Virus record (IMG/VR): IMGVR_UViG_3300028177_000001 | Location: 186,001-250,000 of that record | Strand: one strand, 5' to 3' | Length of the DNA: 64,000 nucleotides | Shown: positions 39,282-48,505 of the stretch, one piece after another | How the letters are laid out: each line of letters starts with the position of its first letter | How positions within the stretch are numbered: the stretch's first letter is position 1 | Notes under the pieces: generated by a model | What the model saw: only the letters and a program-made list of their open reading frames with translations | Database searches by the model: none | Told to the model about the DNA's origin: nothing | Made by a program: the position numbers and the translations under genes

Positions 39282-39423
39282 ACGGGAATGCTACCCTCTC
39301 GGATGGCATTCCCCCTGCACTTTCGGCAGACGGGCCTCGGGTCGGTCCGGAGCGTGCGCTCGCACCTGTACCGGACGCAAGGAGCCCCGTCGGCGGGGTG
39401 GCCGTTGGGGCAGGAGGAGGCCA

Positions 39424-39639
39424 TCAGTAGTCGACGCGGGCGCGGCAAGCGCGGCGAGAAGCCTTCTTGCGAGCGTCGGGGACCACGGTGCGAATGGCAC
39501 GCCAGCCGTTCAGGCCGGTGAGGGGCAAGCCCTTGGCGAAGTGCTCGGCGCGGTCGATGCCAGCCTGGGCAGCAACACCCCGGAGGGCGTTGTCGGCCTG
39601 GGCACCCTTGCGGCGATTACGGCGGATCTTGCGGGCCAT
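39424..39639 (-). CDS. small basic phage protein
   Basis: Promoter motif plus AGGAAGGAG RBS; ends DARKKASRRACR. Confidence 0.7.
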   Translation of the reverse strand: MARKIRRNRRKGAQADNALRGVAAQAGIDRAEHFAKGLPLTGLNGWRAIRTVVPDARKKASRRACRARVDY

Positions 39640-39693
39640 GAGAGTCTCCTTCCTTTCGAACTCTATTACGTCCGAGACACCGCAGGGGAACCC

Positions 39694-40227
39694 CTACACA
39701 CCCAACGCACTCCGCTGCGCTGGTGTAAGGGACGCGAGAGTCTCTGTTCGGATGATCTCCTCGACGAGGTCTACGCGGTGACCGACCACCGTAGCGTGCT
39801 CCCTGGCGTCACTGGAGTAGGTGCACTTCCGGTGGTAGATGATCTCCTCTCCGTTCGGGTCCCAGGAGCCGTCGTCGGCCAGGCGCTTCACTCGGAAGGC
39901 GGTGCCGCCACCGTAGCCTGCGTCCCGCCCGTAGAGTCCGGGGTCGCTGGCGGGCTCGGGCTTGACCGAGACCACGATGAACTTCGCAGCCGCTCGCGAA
40001 GGGTCTACGGAACTCAGGTCCGTGGTCTGGGTGGTGGTTCGGGTCCACCCGTCCTTCTCCTCCTTGAGGCCCCACTGCATCAGACCCCCTCTTCCCAGAT
40101 AGATAGGAGACGGGATAAGCACCAGCCTCCCGTCTTTGTACTGGGTGCTGTGGTGGCAGTGGGGGAAGATGCTTCCCAGAATGATGTCTCCGAGGGCTTC
40201 CATGGGGGCTCCGGGGTCTGCCTTCAT
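39694..40227 (-). CDS. hypothetical protein
   Basis: ATG embedded in the promoter TAATG. Confidence 0.6.
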   Translation of the reverse strand: MKADPGAPMEALGDIILGSIFPHCHHSTQYKDGRLVLIPSPIYLGRGGLMQWGLKEEKDGWTRTTTQTTDLSSVDPSRAAAKFIVVSVKPEPASDPGLYGRDAGYGGGTAFRVKRLADDGSWDPNGEEIIYHRKCTYSSDAREHATVVGHRVDLVEEIIRTETLASLTPAQRSALGV

Positions 40228-40263
40228 TACGCCCGAGACGCCGCAGGGAACCCCCCACAGAAA

Positions 40264-40584
40264 CTAAGACATCGACTCCACGACGGCCTGGTACTCGGGG
40301 GAGTTCTTCCGGATCATGTCTTCGGCGATGTCCTTGACGAAGTTGACCTCAGCCATGATGCCGTCCTCGTCATCGTTCTGCATGCTGAGCTCGAGCCAGT
40401 ACATCCAGTTCTGGTAGTTGCCCGGCTTGCCTCCGAACCCGAGGTTCTCTGCCGCGATCTTCAGCAACAGCATGTACTGCGGATCCTTGCGGGCCAGAGC
40501 CCCGAAGGACCAGATGTTCCGCACCTTCTTCAGTCTGGAGGTCTTGGTGTACGCGGCGACGACGCGGGCGACGGATGGGGCCAT
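40264..40584 (-). CDS. peptide-tag-bearing hypothetical protein
   Basis: MAPSVARVVAAY. Confidence 0.7.
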   Translation of the reverse strand: MAPSVARVVAAYTKTSRLKKVRNIWSFGALARKDPQYMLLLKIAAENLGFGGKPGNYQNWMYWLELSMQNDDEDGIMAEVNFVKDIAEDMIRKNSPEYQAVVESMS

Positions 40585-40636
40585 GTTGATTCCGGGTTTC
40601 GACTAAACAGGTGCCTGGGGGGTGGCTATAGGCAGT

Positions 40637-41107
40637 CTACTGCACGGCTCGAGCCAGTTCTCCTATCGCGGTGTCCCCCCACAATTTCCCTTCTGTGTGG
40701 CTTGGGAGGGCTAACCAGTCAAGGCTCTTGTGCCACACAATGTGGTGGTCGCGGCGATAGCCGAGCCGTCGAGCGATCTTCTCCAGCCTCTCGGTGATAT
40801 CGTCTCCCGGATGTGCGTCCTCAGCCAGACCTTCTGCCTGCCATGCCTCGCAACATCTACGAAGGAGCTTAGCAACCTCGAGGGCCTCCTTCTCGGTCTC
40901 GCAGGAGAAGACAGGCCAGTGGGGCGTCCGATTGCCCCTGTCCATGGAGTGTACACAGACCTCGTAGCCGTCGCACACACAAGGGCGGCGGCACTGATTC
41001 GCCGTGACCCCGAGGTGGGGGAAGTCTTGTACTGTCTCGGCCACCTTGTGGATGTCTTTGAACGCCTGGCCGTCGTAGCGCCAGGCTCTGTGGAATTTCT
41101 CAGACAT
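40637..41107 (-). CDS. hypothetical protein
   Basis: In-operon overlap. Confidence 0.55.
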   Translation of the reverse strand: MSEKFHRAWRYDGQAFKDIHKVAETVQDFPHLGVTANQCRRPCVCDGYEVCVHSMDRGNRTPHWPVFSCETEKEALEVAKLLRRCCEAWQAEGLAEDAHPGDDITERLEKIARRLGYRRDHHIVWHKSLDWLALPSHTEGKLWGDTAIGELARAVQ

Positions 41108-41666
41108 CGTCGTGGTCTGTCATCATGTTCACGAACAGGACGCCCTGGCCGATCGCGTCGGTCAAGGCGGTGTGGTCGTGTCGGGGTGCCCCGTTGAACC
41201 AGCGCTTCGGCATGTTCCGCTTCGAGGCACCCTTGAAGTCGCCGCCGAGCTTGGTCCAAGCCAGGGTCTTGAGGTCCAGGCCCTGCATGCCAAAGGGCGA
41301 CTTGCCTACAAACTTCATCATGTACCAGTACACGAACATGAAGTCGAAGGTCACCGGGTAGCCAATGACCACCGCCTTGCCTGGTAGGGCTCGAACCCAC
41401 TGGCTGAACTGGCTCATCCCGGCCACAGGGTGCTGTTGGTTCTGGCTCAGGTGGGCCCAAGCCTCGGGCTGGTTGGCCCACCACTTCATTGTGTCTGGGT
41501 CCTGGCTCGCACCTTCGAGGGGGAGCAGGTTCACCTCAAACGTGGCGACCGGCTTGCGATCCCCAAGTACGAACGCAGCCGCCCCCAGGGAGAGCATAGA
41601 GTACTCTCCGGGGATTGGCCCGTCCGCCTCGATGTCGACGCTGATGTAGATTTCGGGCTTGGCCAT
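41100..41666 (-). CDS. DEDDh 3'-5' exo(ribo)nuclease, Rv2179c-like
   Basis: ISVDIEADG, FDFMF, GLDLKT, HTALTDA. Confidence 0.88.
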   Translation of the reverse strand: MAKPEIYISVDIEADGPIPGEYSMLSLGAAAFVLGDRKPVATFEVNLLPLEGASQDPDTMKWWANQPEAWAHLSQNQQHPVAGMSQFSQWVRALPGKAVVIGYPVTFDFMFVYWYMMKFVGKSPFGMQGLDLKTLAWTKLGGDFKGASKRNMPKRWFNGAPRHDHTALTDAIGQGVLFVNMMTDHDDV

Positions 41667-42733
41667 CAGGGGCAGGCCTCCTTGACCTTCGCCACGGCTG
41701 CTGTGGATCCGGTCAGGTCAAACGTGACCACCTGGGGGGTCTGGCGGAAGGGATTGAGCTCCACAATCCAGGTTTCCCCGTCGTGGGCCTGGAAGGTGTT
41801 CAGCATGGTCTCGGGGTTCCGGAAGAAGAGACTCTTGCTGTCCTTCCCTGCGGTCCCTGTGACGTCGATGATGGGACCGTCGCCGAAGCGGTACTTGCCG
41901 GTCACTGAGTTGTAGCGGTAGTTGCTCTGGAGCATCGCCTGCGCGTTGATGTAAACATCGAGATCTCCTCCCAGGCACCGGAACACCAGCCGAGCGTTCT
42001 TGATGTCGCCGATGTAGGGGATGCCGTCCAGGCCCTCCAGCACAGCCGTGGCTTCCTTCTTGCGGGTCAGCGGGTTCTCGCTGTTGCTTCCCGCCCAGCG
42101 TCCCCCCAGCCACAGAGCCTTCTGCGCGTCATGGCTGTCCCGGGTGATCCGAAGGGCCCGCTTGAACTGGCCGTAGTCCTCGTCATCCTCTCCGATCTCG
42201 GCCAGGATACTCTCGGCCAGGTCCAGGGACTCCCCCGCCCGGTCGAACTCCCAGCCGTCCCACCAAGAACTGGTCATGGTCAGTTCCAGGTTGAACTTGC
42301 TCACCTTCTTGTCCCGGATTTCCTTTAGGCGAGCGGCCTCCGCATCCTCCGCTGCGTCGGTGTTGATGCACCAGGAGCCGTCCTCCAGACGAAGCTTGAC
42401 CGTGAACGACTTGTCGTCTGAACCTTCCCAGGATCGGATGATCCTCACGGTGGCCTCATTCCCGTCCTCGCTGAGGACCGCCGACTGCACGCTCATGGAG
42501 TCGGGAGTGTACAGAGTCTGGACGGCGGCGGCGAAGCCGTCCAGGGCGAAGACCTTCTCGTACTCTTCCTGGATGTCCTCTTTGGACGAGGCTGCCTGGT
42601 CGTCCGCGCAGACCATGTCCCACCTGGCCGCGATCCCCGCCGGAGTGATATCCTCGACGGTCTCGTATTCCACGGCCAGTGCGCTCACCTTTGATTCAGT
42701 TGAGCAGGCGAGCAAGAGGGAGAAGATCAGCAT
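41666..42733 (-). CDS. lipoprotein with a C-terminal VasI/EvfG-like domain
   Basis: Lipobox LLAC; LVFRC...LDVYIN...YRFG...TFDLTG...AC pattern. Confidence 0.65.
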   Translation of the reverse strand: MLIFSLLLACSTESKVSALAVEYETVEDITPAGIAARWDMVCADDQAASSKEDIQEEYEKVFALDGFAAAVQTLYTPDSMSVQSAVLSEDGNEATVRIIRSWEGSDDKSFTVKLRLEDGSWCINTDAAEDAEAARLKEIRDKKVSKFNLELTMTSSWWDGWEFDRAGESLDLAESILAEIGEDDEDYGQFKRALRITRDSHDAQKALWLGGRWAGSNSENPLTRKKEATAVLEGLDGIPYIGDIKNARLVFRCLGGDLDVYINAQAMLQSNYRYNSVTGKYRFGDGPIIDVTGTAGKDSKSLFFRNPETMLNTFQAHDGETWIVELNPFRQTPQVVTFDLTGSTAAVAKVKEACP

Positions 42734-43155
42734 GGGATAGTCCGGGTAGAGGGTTCAGTTGAAAGCTGTAGGCCGAAAAGGATGCCGGCATTCAGAGGCA
42801 CGTCCAGGGGGAAGTCTTCTACCGCCAGAGGACGCCCGAGAGCCTTGGCAAGGCACCCCAGGTGGGCCGTACCCCGTCCGAAGTCTGCGGCCTGCCAGAC
42901 GGGCTTGTGGACCATGTGCATGGAGTCGTTGTTCTGAGCCCCGCAGTAGATGCAATCGAACATCCCCCGGACGTTCTCCCTGCCCTGCCCCTGCGCCCAC
43001 TCCACCGCGTCCTTCTGCCGAGAAAACTCCCGAGCCTCGGGGTGGGGCTCCACCTCAGGATCGAAGGGGAGGCACTCCACTCGGATGACGTCGTCTCCAA
43101 GATGGTTGAAGATGCGCCAGTGGTCCTTGACCCGAATGATGAGGGTGTACTTCAT
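42727..43155 (-). CDS. hypothetical protein with CxxC...HxxC
   Basis: CIYC, MVHKPVW, HLGCL. Confidence 0.6.
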   Translation of the reverse strand: MKYTLIIRVKDHWRIFNHLGDDVIRVECLPFDPEVEPHPEAREFSRQKDAVEWAQGQGRENVRGMFDCIYCGAQNNDSMHMVHKPVWQAADFGRGTAHLGCLAKALGRPLAVEDFPLDVPLNAGILFGLQLSTEPSTRTIPC

Positions 43156-44010
43156 GGGATCCTGGCGGTGACCAATCGGTACTGGTCAACGGTTCGGTTG
43201 TAGGGGGCCAACATCCGAGGTTTGAACTGAGCTCCACAGCTTACGGCTGCGCACTTCAGTACCTGTCCCGGGTCGAACCTTGCTCGGAACTGCGACGGAT
43301 GGCCCGCCAGCTCTGCCGGCTCTGTCGCGGGGTGCTCGTACCGAGGCATGTAGTTGGTCGCCCGGCAAGCGGGACAGTACCACAGGTAGCCCAGAGTGGT
43401 CAGTCCAAGGGGGGTCTGAAGGGGCACCTTCCAAGTCGTGATGACCACAGCCCCCTGGCCCATGAGACCCTGGTACGTCGGGTCGTCCGGATCGGCCCAC
43501 GTCGCGCGAACCCTCGCCTCATTGGAGGTGTCTCGCCCCCGTGCCCAGATTCCTGTCAACACTTGGCCACATCCTTCGCTCGGGCCTGCGCCTCTCTCAA
43601 CGGGAGGAGAGGCCAAGGTGGGTCCACATGAGAGATGTAGGTGTCGCAGTTCAAGAGAGACCGCTTCTCAAGGGGGTGGTCCGGCTCGCAAGCCATTCGG
43701 AACAGGGCGCAGGTGATGTTCTTCTTGCACCGAGTGGCGATACACGCAGCAGGGACGGCAGGCTCCGGGTCGGGCTCGGAGATGGTTCCAACCATACAGG
43801 GGTCCTCGCCCTTCTCGTCTGCGGCCACGACCGCAGCACTTGCCGTGAGCATCCGGATCGAGTGGGGTGCTGTGTCAACGCTGGGTGTGAAGCAAGCCCT
43901 CCCAGGCTCTGCGCCGCAGAAGGGACACGCGAAGCGGAGGATCACCTCAGACCACAGCCCTCGGGGCCAGGTATTCGTGATCATGATCCGAAGGCGATTC
44001 GTCGATTCCA

Positions 44011-44607
44011 TCAGCGCTTCCGGTTCCCCTTCAGCGGGTGCCTCGGGACCGCAGCCAGCGTTGCCAGCAGAGCGTCGTTCTTGTCGAGAATCATCCCGGG
44101 CAGGTTGGCCGAGACTTTGTGGTACTCTGGGCTGCGTAGCCACTGGGCGTAAGGCATGTCGCCTCGGGTGCGGTTGCACTTCTTGCATGCTGCTACGAGG
44201 TTCGCCTCAATCGAAGGACCTCCCTCCTCCCACAGAACCAGGTGGTCCACGGTCAGGGGGACGTCGTTCGCAGCACAATAGCGACAGCGGAAATGGTCCC
44301 TGCGGTACACTGCCCACGAGACGTTCTGGCTGATCTGGCGTGCGCTCTTCCGCACCAACGCCTTGCCGACTTCTCCGTGTTCGTCCTTGACGAGGGCCAT
44401 CACCTCGACTCGGTCGGTCTGCTGGATGAACGTCTGCCACTCGGCGAGGTCCATCTCGAGGACACCCGTGTCCTCCCACCAATGGCCGTCCAGTGTCTCT
44501 CCGGGAAGGGGTGCGGCGATGAAGTTGCCGGAGCCGTCCTGGTAGATCACTCCAGCGATCTGGATCTTGGTGCCGATGTCGGTGATTTCGAGATCAGAGA
44601 GCTTCAT
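44011..44607 (-). CDS. HNH endonuclease with N-terminal extension
   Basis: RDHFRCRYCA, TVDHLVLWEEGG, NLVAACKKCNRTRG. Confidence 0.88.
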   Translation of the reverse strand: MKLSDLEITDIGTKIQIAGVIYQDGSGNFIAAPLPGETLDGHWWEDTGVLEMDLAEWQTFIQQTDRVEVMALVKDEHGEVGKALVRKSARQISQNVSWAVYRRDHFRCRYCAANDVPLTVDHLVLWEEGGPSIEANLVAACKKCNRTRGDMPYAQWLRSPEYHKVSANLPGMILDKNDALLATLAAVPRHPLKGNRKR

Positions 44608-44875
44608 GAGGTGGTTCCTGGAATGTGGGTCTGGGCGCTCTGGCGTGGCTGATTGACCCCGGTGGTGTCGTGGAGCAGGATCGCCCCTTCTTTGCACTGA
44701 ATGCGAGAGGTCCAACACTGAGGGCATCCCTGTGCGTGGGCCAGAAAGCTCTGCACGTTGCGATCGCCTACGCTGAGGCTGACACCACCTTCGAGGTCAT
44801 AGACCTTGCCCCCTTGCGCCATCCGCTCGGTGACCTTCTTCGGAGGGACGGTGCCTGCTACTGGCTCGTTCGTGG

Positions 44876-45517
44876 TCATGATTCTTCCGGTTCTGGCTGT
44901 TGGGCGATGATCTCTTCGGCGGAGGGCAGACCGAGAGCCTTGTGGCAGTCGATGCAGACCTTACAGCCGTCATCGGTGGTCCAGGCCACCTTGAGGTGGG
45001 GCGGGTCGTCTTCCTCGACCCCGTTGGGCCAAGTGGCGTAGCCCTGCCCTCCGGAGACCTTGCCGCCGAATAAGAGGGTGCGCTCGTGGGCGCAGACCCC
45101 CTGGGGACCGCCCCTGTTCTTCAGAACCATGACTTGCCCAGAGATCTTCTCGAGCAAGATTCGTTCTGCGGAGTACCTTCGGGCCGGTTCCAGCTTCTCG
45201 AGAGACTCCCCGTCCTTTTCGCGTAGCCGGAGGATCCTACCTTCTTCGTTCATGGGGTCTTCTCTCGGTCGAAACCAGGGCCAGCTGGGAAAGTCGCCCC
45301 GGACGTCACGACCTTGAGAGGCGATATGTCCGGGAGAGGAGTGGGCGAGGTAGACCACGTCCACGAACTGGTGTGGCATCAGGTAGTTCAAGCCCGCGAC
45401 CTCTTCCTGGACCACCGTGGTGAATTCCCCCAAGCCCCCGAAGCCAGCTTCTAAGCCAACGACTCGCCGGTTCGGGTCGCACTTCTGTAGTGCCTCGATA
45501 AGTTCGAAGACCTTCAC
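44876..45517 (-). CDS. hypothetical protein (possibly two fused small genes)
   Basis: MKVFELIEAL phage-like start; internal GAAGACCCC-ATG NEEG restart. Confidence 0.5.
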   Translation of the reverse strand: MKVFELIEALQKCDPNRRVVGLEAGFGGLGEFTTVVQEEVAGLNYLMPHQFVDVVYLAHSSPGHIASQGRDVRGDFPSWPWFRPREDPMNEEGRILRLREKDGESLEKLEPARRYSAERILLEKISGQVMVLKNRGGPQGVCAHERTLLFGGKVSGGQGYATWPNGVEEDDPPHLKVAWTTDDGCKVCIDCHKALGLPSAEEIIAQQPEPEES

Positions 45518-45520
45518 GAC

Positions 45521-45955
45521 CTACTCTCCCGAGGGGCGGGAGAGCGCGTGCTGCGCCCAGAACTGGGCTGCCTCTTCAGCCGCCTCGGGCGGCAGGGTCG
45601 GGTCCGTGATCTCACGGGGAGCCAGGGGGCCGCCGTAGGCAGTGAACACCGTGACCACGTCGTCCTCGCGCTTCCCGATCACCGTCATCAGACGGGTGGG
45701 TCGCTCCGCTCGGTCGCAGAGACGGCTGAGGTTCGTACGCTCGCCGCGCAGGGCCCACTCGACCTCCTCGCTCGGGACCGGTTCGTCGCCGACGATGGGC
45801 CCGTGAATGCCCGACATCAGGTCACCGCACTCGCCACCCAGGGTGACGGTCGTCACGATGAAGGTGTCCCCGTCTGCCGCTTCGAAGAGACCCCGGATGA
45901 CCGCCTCGTGCGAGGGGTCAATGCCGTGGTCAGCGTGGAGGATGTTCATGTCCAT
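45521..45955 (-). CDS. conserved hypothetical phage protein (TAYGGPLAPRE)
   Basis: Recognisable motif ...FWAQHAL. Confidence 0.7.
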   Translation of the reverse strand: MDMNILHADHGIDPSHEAVIRGLFEAADGDTFIVTTVTLGGECGDLMSGIHGPIVGDEPVPSEEVEWALRGERTNLSRLCDRAERPTRLMTVIGKREDDVVTVFTAYGGPLAPREITDPTLPPEAAEEAAQFWAQHALSRPSGE

Positions 45956-46023
45956 GGAAGGGCTCCTACGAAGGGTGGTGATGAGGTTACGTCTGGGGGA
46001 GGGTTCCCCTCCCCCGACGCAGT

Positions 46024-46452
46024 TCAGTCTTGCGTGGCCCAGGCGAGCAGGTCCTGGAAGGACTGCTCGTCGCCGACGATGGCCTGCTCACGAGGGGTCA
46101 GCCCAGCGAAGCCGGAGATGTCGGCGAAGGAGTACCGCACGAGTCCGCGCACGATGTCATCCCGACTCCGACCCAGGGGGGTCTTCGGACGGATGAACAG
46201 CCGAGCGTAGGTGATCTCGTCGGTCGGGCCGAAGCGGTCCACGACGAAGTCGGCCAGGTTGGCCTGCACTGCCTCGATGCCCGGGATGTCACCGTTGGCC
46301 ATCGCCTCCACAGCCATCTGCTTGAGGTCGCCGTCGGTGGCGTCGTAGGGAACGGGGTCCGGGAGGAACCCGTTGGTGCCGTTGTATGTGACGTTGAGCC
46401 GTGCCGCGTTGGCAGGCAGGTTGACTGCGGGAACCATGAGTACTTCGTCCAT
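46024..46452 (-). CDS. bacterial ubiquitin-like (beta-grasp) protein with C-terminal extension
   Basis: RLNVTYNG...PDPVPYDATDGD...DFVVDRF...LFIRPKTPLG followed by 48 further residues; adjacent to JAB. Confidence 0.6.
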   Translation of the reverse strand: MDEVLMVPAVNLPANAARLNVTYNGTNGFLPDPVPYDATDGDLKQMAVEAMANGDIPGIEAVQANLADFVVDRFGPTDEITYARLFIRPKTPLGRSRDDIVRGLVRYSFADISGFAGLTPREQAIVGDEQSFQDLLAWATQD

Positions 46453-46529
46453 GATGGACCTCCTCTCGTTGAACAGAGATACGGTGTAGAAACTTCGCGA
46501 ACCCCCTTCCTGGGGGCTGCGCTGGGGGT

Positions 46530-46901
46530 TTACCGGGAACGGGCCCTCAGCTCTTTGATACTGCGGTCGGACAAGCGGAACAGACCCTGCACCGAGACGT
46601 ACAGGTTGTTCTGGATATCCCAGCGGAGGTAAGACACGTCGGTGAACGTGACCACGGGCCACCAGTACAACCGACCCAGTCCTTGCTCCAGAGCGCGGAA
46701 CGTGGTCAGGTCCGTTCCCGAAGGGGACGCAGGCCCATCCCAGGGATGCGTGTGTGCCAGACCCCCGATGGCCAGACGGTTCTCCCACATGACTTCCCAG
46801 AGGCCTCGGCTGTCGGGCAGCGAGCCTCCAGTGCGTCCTGCGGGCTCGTGCCAGTGAAAGGGCTCGCCGAGCTTGTCGAAGACGAGTGCGGTTTCGATCA
46901 T
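46530..46901 (-). CDS. JAB/MPN metallopeptidase
   Basis: N-terminal E (MIETA), AHTHPW...PSGTD (HxH-x7-S-x2-D). Confidence 0.85.
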   Translation of the reverse strand: MIETALVFDKLGEPFHWHEPAGRTGGSLPDSRGLWEVMWENRLAIGGLAHTHPWDGPASPSGTDLTTFRALEQGLGRLYWWPVVTFTDVSYLRWDIQNNLYVSVQGLFRLSDRSIKELRARSR

Positions 46902-46902
46902 G

Positions 46903-47286
46903 TCAGTACAACCTGTAGACGACCTGGGAGAGAGCTTGGTCCGCCTCTTCCCCTCGGTCGCTCTGGAGATAGGCGAGGATGGCGGCCACGAGGCGGTTTG
47001 AAGTCCCCTTCCCGGTCCACGGGCCGATTCCCTCAGGGTAGCCTCCCTCCGTCATGGAGGAAATCCTCACGATGTTGGCGACATCGTAGCCCGCCTCTTT
47101 CAGGCGATGTGCCACATGGTTGCCCCTGAGACCCGGCAGGCGGTGGTCCAGCATGACCCCGTCGAAGGACAGGATGTCGTCGATGGGAACCTCGTCCCAG
47201 CGCTCGGCCACCACGTACTCATGACCCTCGGGCCAGTACTTCATGTCCAGCAGCCACGGCTGGTCTTCGATAATCAGAATCTTCAT
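46903..47286 (-). CDS. atypical receiver (REC) domain protein
   Basis: ILIIED, VMLDHRLPG, ISS. Confidence 0.7.
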   Translation of the reverse strand: MKILIIEDQPWLLDMKYWPEGHEYVVAERWDEVPIDDILSFDGVMLDHRLPGLRGNHVAHRLKEAGYDVANIVRISSMTEGGYPEGIGPWTGKGTSNRLVAAILAYLQSDRGEEADQALSQVVYRLY

Positions 47287-47567
47287 ACGTGCCCTCGGCT
47301 CTGTGAGTGTTACGTCCTCGCAGGGCTCGGGGAACCCTCTGTGTCAGAGACCTGACTCCCACAGAATACGAAGAACACCCTCTTCTGTCAGTCGATACTG
47401 CTTGCGCTCCCTGGCGGGGTGGTCCGATCGCTCCGCGTAGACAGGACCCTGGGGAAAGAAAGCCGTGCAGAGCCTTCCAGCAACGCGGGCATCCCTGGGA
47501 GAGAGCAAGCGCCACTCGTACATGACCAGAGCGTTCATCACCCGCAACTGCGCTGGGGAGAGCTTCT

Positions 47568-48140
47568 TCATGGGGTTAGTCCCGCCAGTTCGTTCATCAG
47601 ATTCAATCGAGCCTGGTCCTCGAGGCGGTCAGCCCAGAAGTCGCTGATGTAGATCCTCTCGGCGCCCAGAACATCTTGTAGGAATCGAGCTCGGCCGATC
47701 TTGTAGAGTTCAGCCGGAGCTACCGGGGCCCACTCAGCTGCAACCTGAGCCGCGTATTCACGGTAGCGGTCGGGGTTCTGCCCGAGGATGGCCATGTCGC
47801 AGTCCAGGAACAGGGCGGTGTCCCCCGCTTCATCCTGGTGTTGGCCGTGACTGGCCGTCTTGTGGATCAGGTCTTCAGCGAAGTCCAGGTCCATCCCGGG
47901 GAACCAGCGGGGAGCTTCCCTTCTCATCAGCGCTGCGCTGGCCTCCTCGTTGGTCGCGGCTCCCACCACGTAGATCGCGTCGTGCCAGAGGATTGCCGCG
48001 AAGACCTCATCCCGCTTCTCGATGAGGTGGAAGCAGAAGCGATAGTGGGCCAGGACCTCCTCCACGTGTGCGAAGGTGTGGTAGTGCCGACCAGGGGTCG
48101 AATACCACACCTGGAGGTCGTCCTTGAGGTTGGGGTTCAC
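47568..48140 (-). CDS. HD-superfamily phosphohydrolase (COG4339-like)
   Basis: YSTPGRHYHT, ILWHDAIY, NEEASA, FLDCDMAIL. Confidence 0.88.
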   Translation of the reverse strand: MNPNLKDDLQVWYSTPGRHYHTFAHVEEVLAHYRFCFHLIEKRDEVFAAILWHDAIYVVGAATNEEASAALMRREAPRWFPGMDLDFAEDLIHKTASHGQHQDEAGDTALFLDCDMAILGQNPDRYREYAAQVAAEWAPVAPAELYKIGRARFLQDVLGAERIYISDFWADRLEDQARLNLMNELAGLTP

Positions 48141-48505
48141 AGGACCCTCGCGGTGACAGTGACCTGAACGCACTGCACTACCACGTCCGCAATTGGGCTC
48201 TTGCTCCAGAACGCCAGGGCTTCCTTCTTCGAGGGGAATCTCTTACCTTGGGTGAGGTCTTGAGAGACCTCCCAGGTGTGGCTGGGTCCGGGTCCGTGGT
48301 TGTCCTCCCAGCCGACCTTCTCCCAGCACAGGTAGCGCTCGGCAGCGTACTTTCGCATGAACTGGCGGTGGCCTCCGATGGAACCTGCGTGCAGGGAGTC
48401 CATCCACGCCTTGTTCCCCTCGCGGTTGTTGGCCTTGATTTGAAGGACCACGTAGCTGCGAATCGTAGGCTTGAGGGGCTGCTCTTCAAGTACGGGGAAG
48501 CTCAT
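48137..48505 (-). CDS. hypothetical protein
   Basis: TGATG overlap with the AAA gene stop. Confidence 0.5.
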   Translation of the reverse strand: MSFPVLEEQPLKPTIRSYVVLQIKANNREGNKAWMDSLHAGSIGGHRQFMRKYAAERYLCWEKVGWEDNHGPGPSHTWEVSQDLTQGKRFPSKKEALAFWSKSPIADVVVQCVQVTVTARVL

